64,000 nucleotides of DNA from Eledone cirrhosa (Eukaryota), in contig OZ024746.1 in the NCBI GenBank assembly GCA_964016885.1, positions 53,568,001 through 53,632,000 of the forward strand. Reading direction: 5' to 3'. Below the pieces are notes generated by a model. That model saw only the letters and a program-made list of their open reading frames with translations. It had not been told where the DNA came from and searched no databases. Each line of letters starts with the position of its first letter. Position 1 is the stretch's first letter. Below are positions 63,690 through 64,000 of the stretch, piece after piece. The translations under genes and the position numbers were made by a program.

Positions 63690-64000
63690 TGGTAATATGC
63701 CCAGCCCAGGCCAGATGTGAAAGTAGGCTCCCAAATTTGGTAATAGGCCCAGGCCAGATGTGAAAGTAGGCTCCCAAATTTGGTAATAGGCCCAGGGCAG
63801 ATGTGAAAGTAGGCTCCCAAAGCTGGTAATGGGCCCAAGACAGATGTGAAAGTAGGCTCCCAAAGCTGGTAATGGGCCCAAGACAGATGTGAAAGTAGGC
63901 TCCCAAAGCTGGTAATGGGCTCAGGACAGATGTGAAAGTAGGCTCCCAAAGCTGGTAATCGGCTCAGGACAGATGTGAAAGCAGGCTCCCAAAGCTGGTA
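63690..64000 (+). repeat. 43-bp minisatellite (cagatgtgaaagtaggctcccaaagctggtaatgggcccaaga)
   Basis: At least 7 units, running off the window end. Confidence 0.95.

Noticed and set aside
63659-64000. 43-bp repeat ORFs / CRISPR-like array
   Set aside because: Head-to-tail units without spacers, and the period is not a multiple of 3.

Overview
Repeat-saturated animal DNA with no recognisable host gene. The SINE families and extreme (TA)n content suggest an octopus or other cephalopod (inference). Nearly all listed ORFs are microsatellite read-throughs. Real content: (1) a young Penelope-like retroelement (PLE) at about 42221-48729, with an intact RT + GIY-YIG ORF, a 2.1-kb inverted pLTR and an upstream ORF1 that ends over an in-phase U UUU UUA slippery site; (2) two decayed PLEs of a second, Naiad-like family; (3) RTE LINE fragments, many tRNA-derived SINEs, hAT and Tc1/mariner MITEs, and minisatellites. 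The main hidden signal is about 27 type I hammerhead ribozyme (HHR) motifs, folded by eye, from many unrelated families. Most sit in short non-coding islands inserted in (TA)n, often as fold-back units with one tailed arm and a shared ACTC...GAGTRCT tail motif, and one is a 310-bp tandem retrozyme-like repeat. All family assignments come from motif recognition, not database searches.
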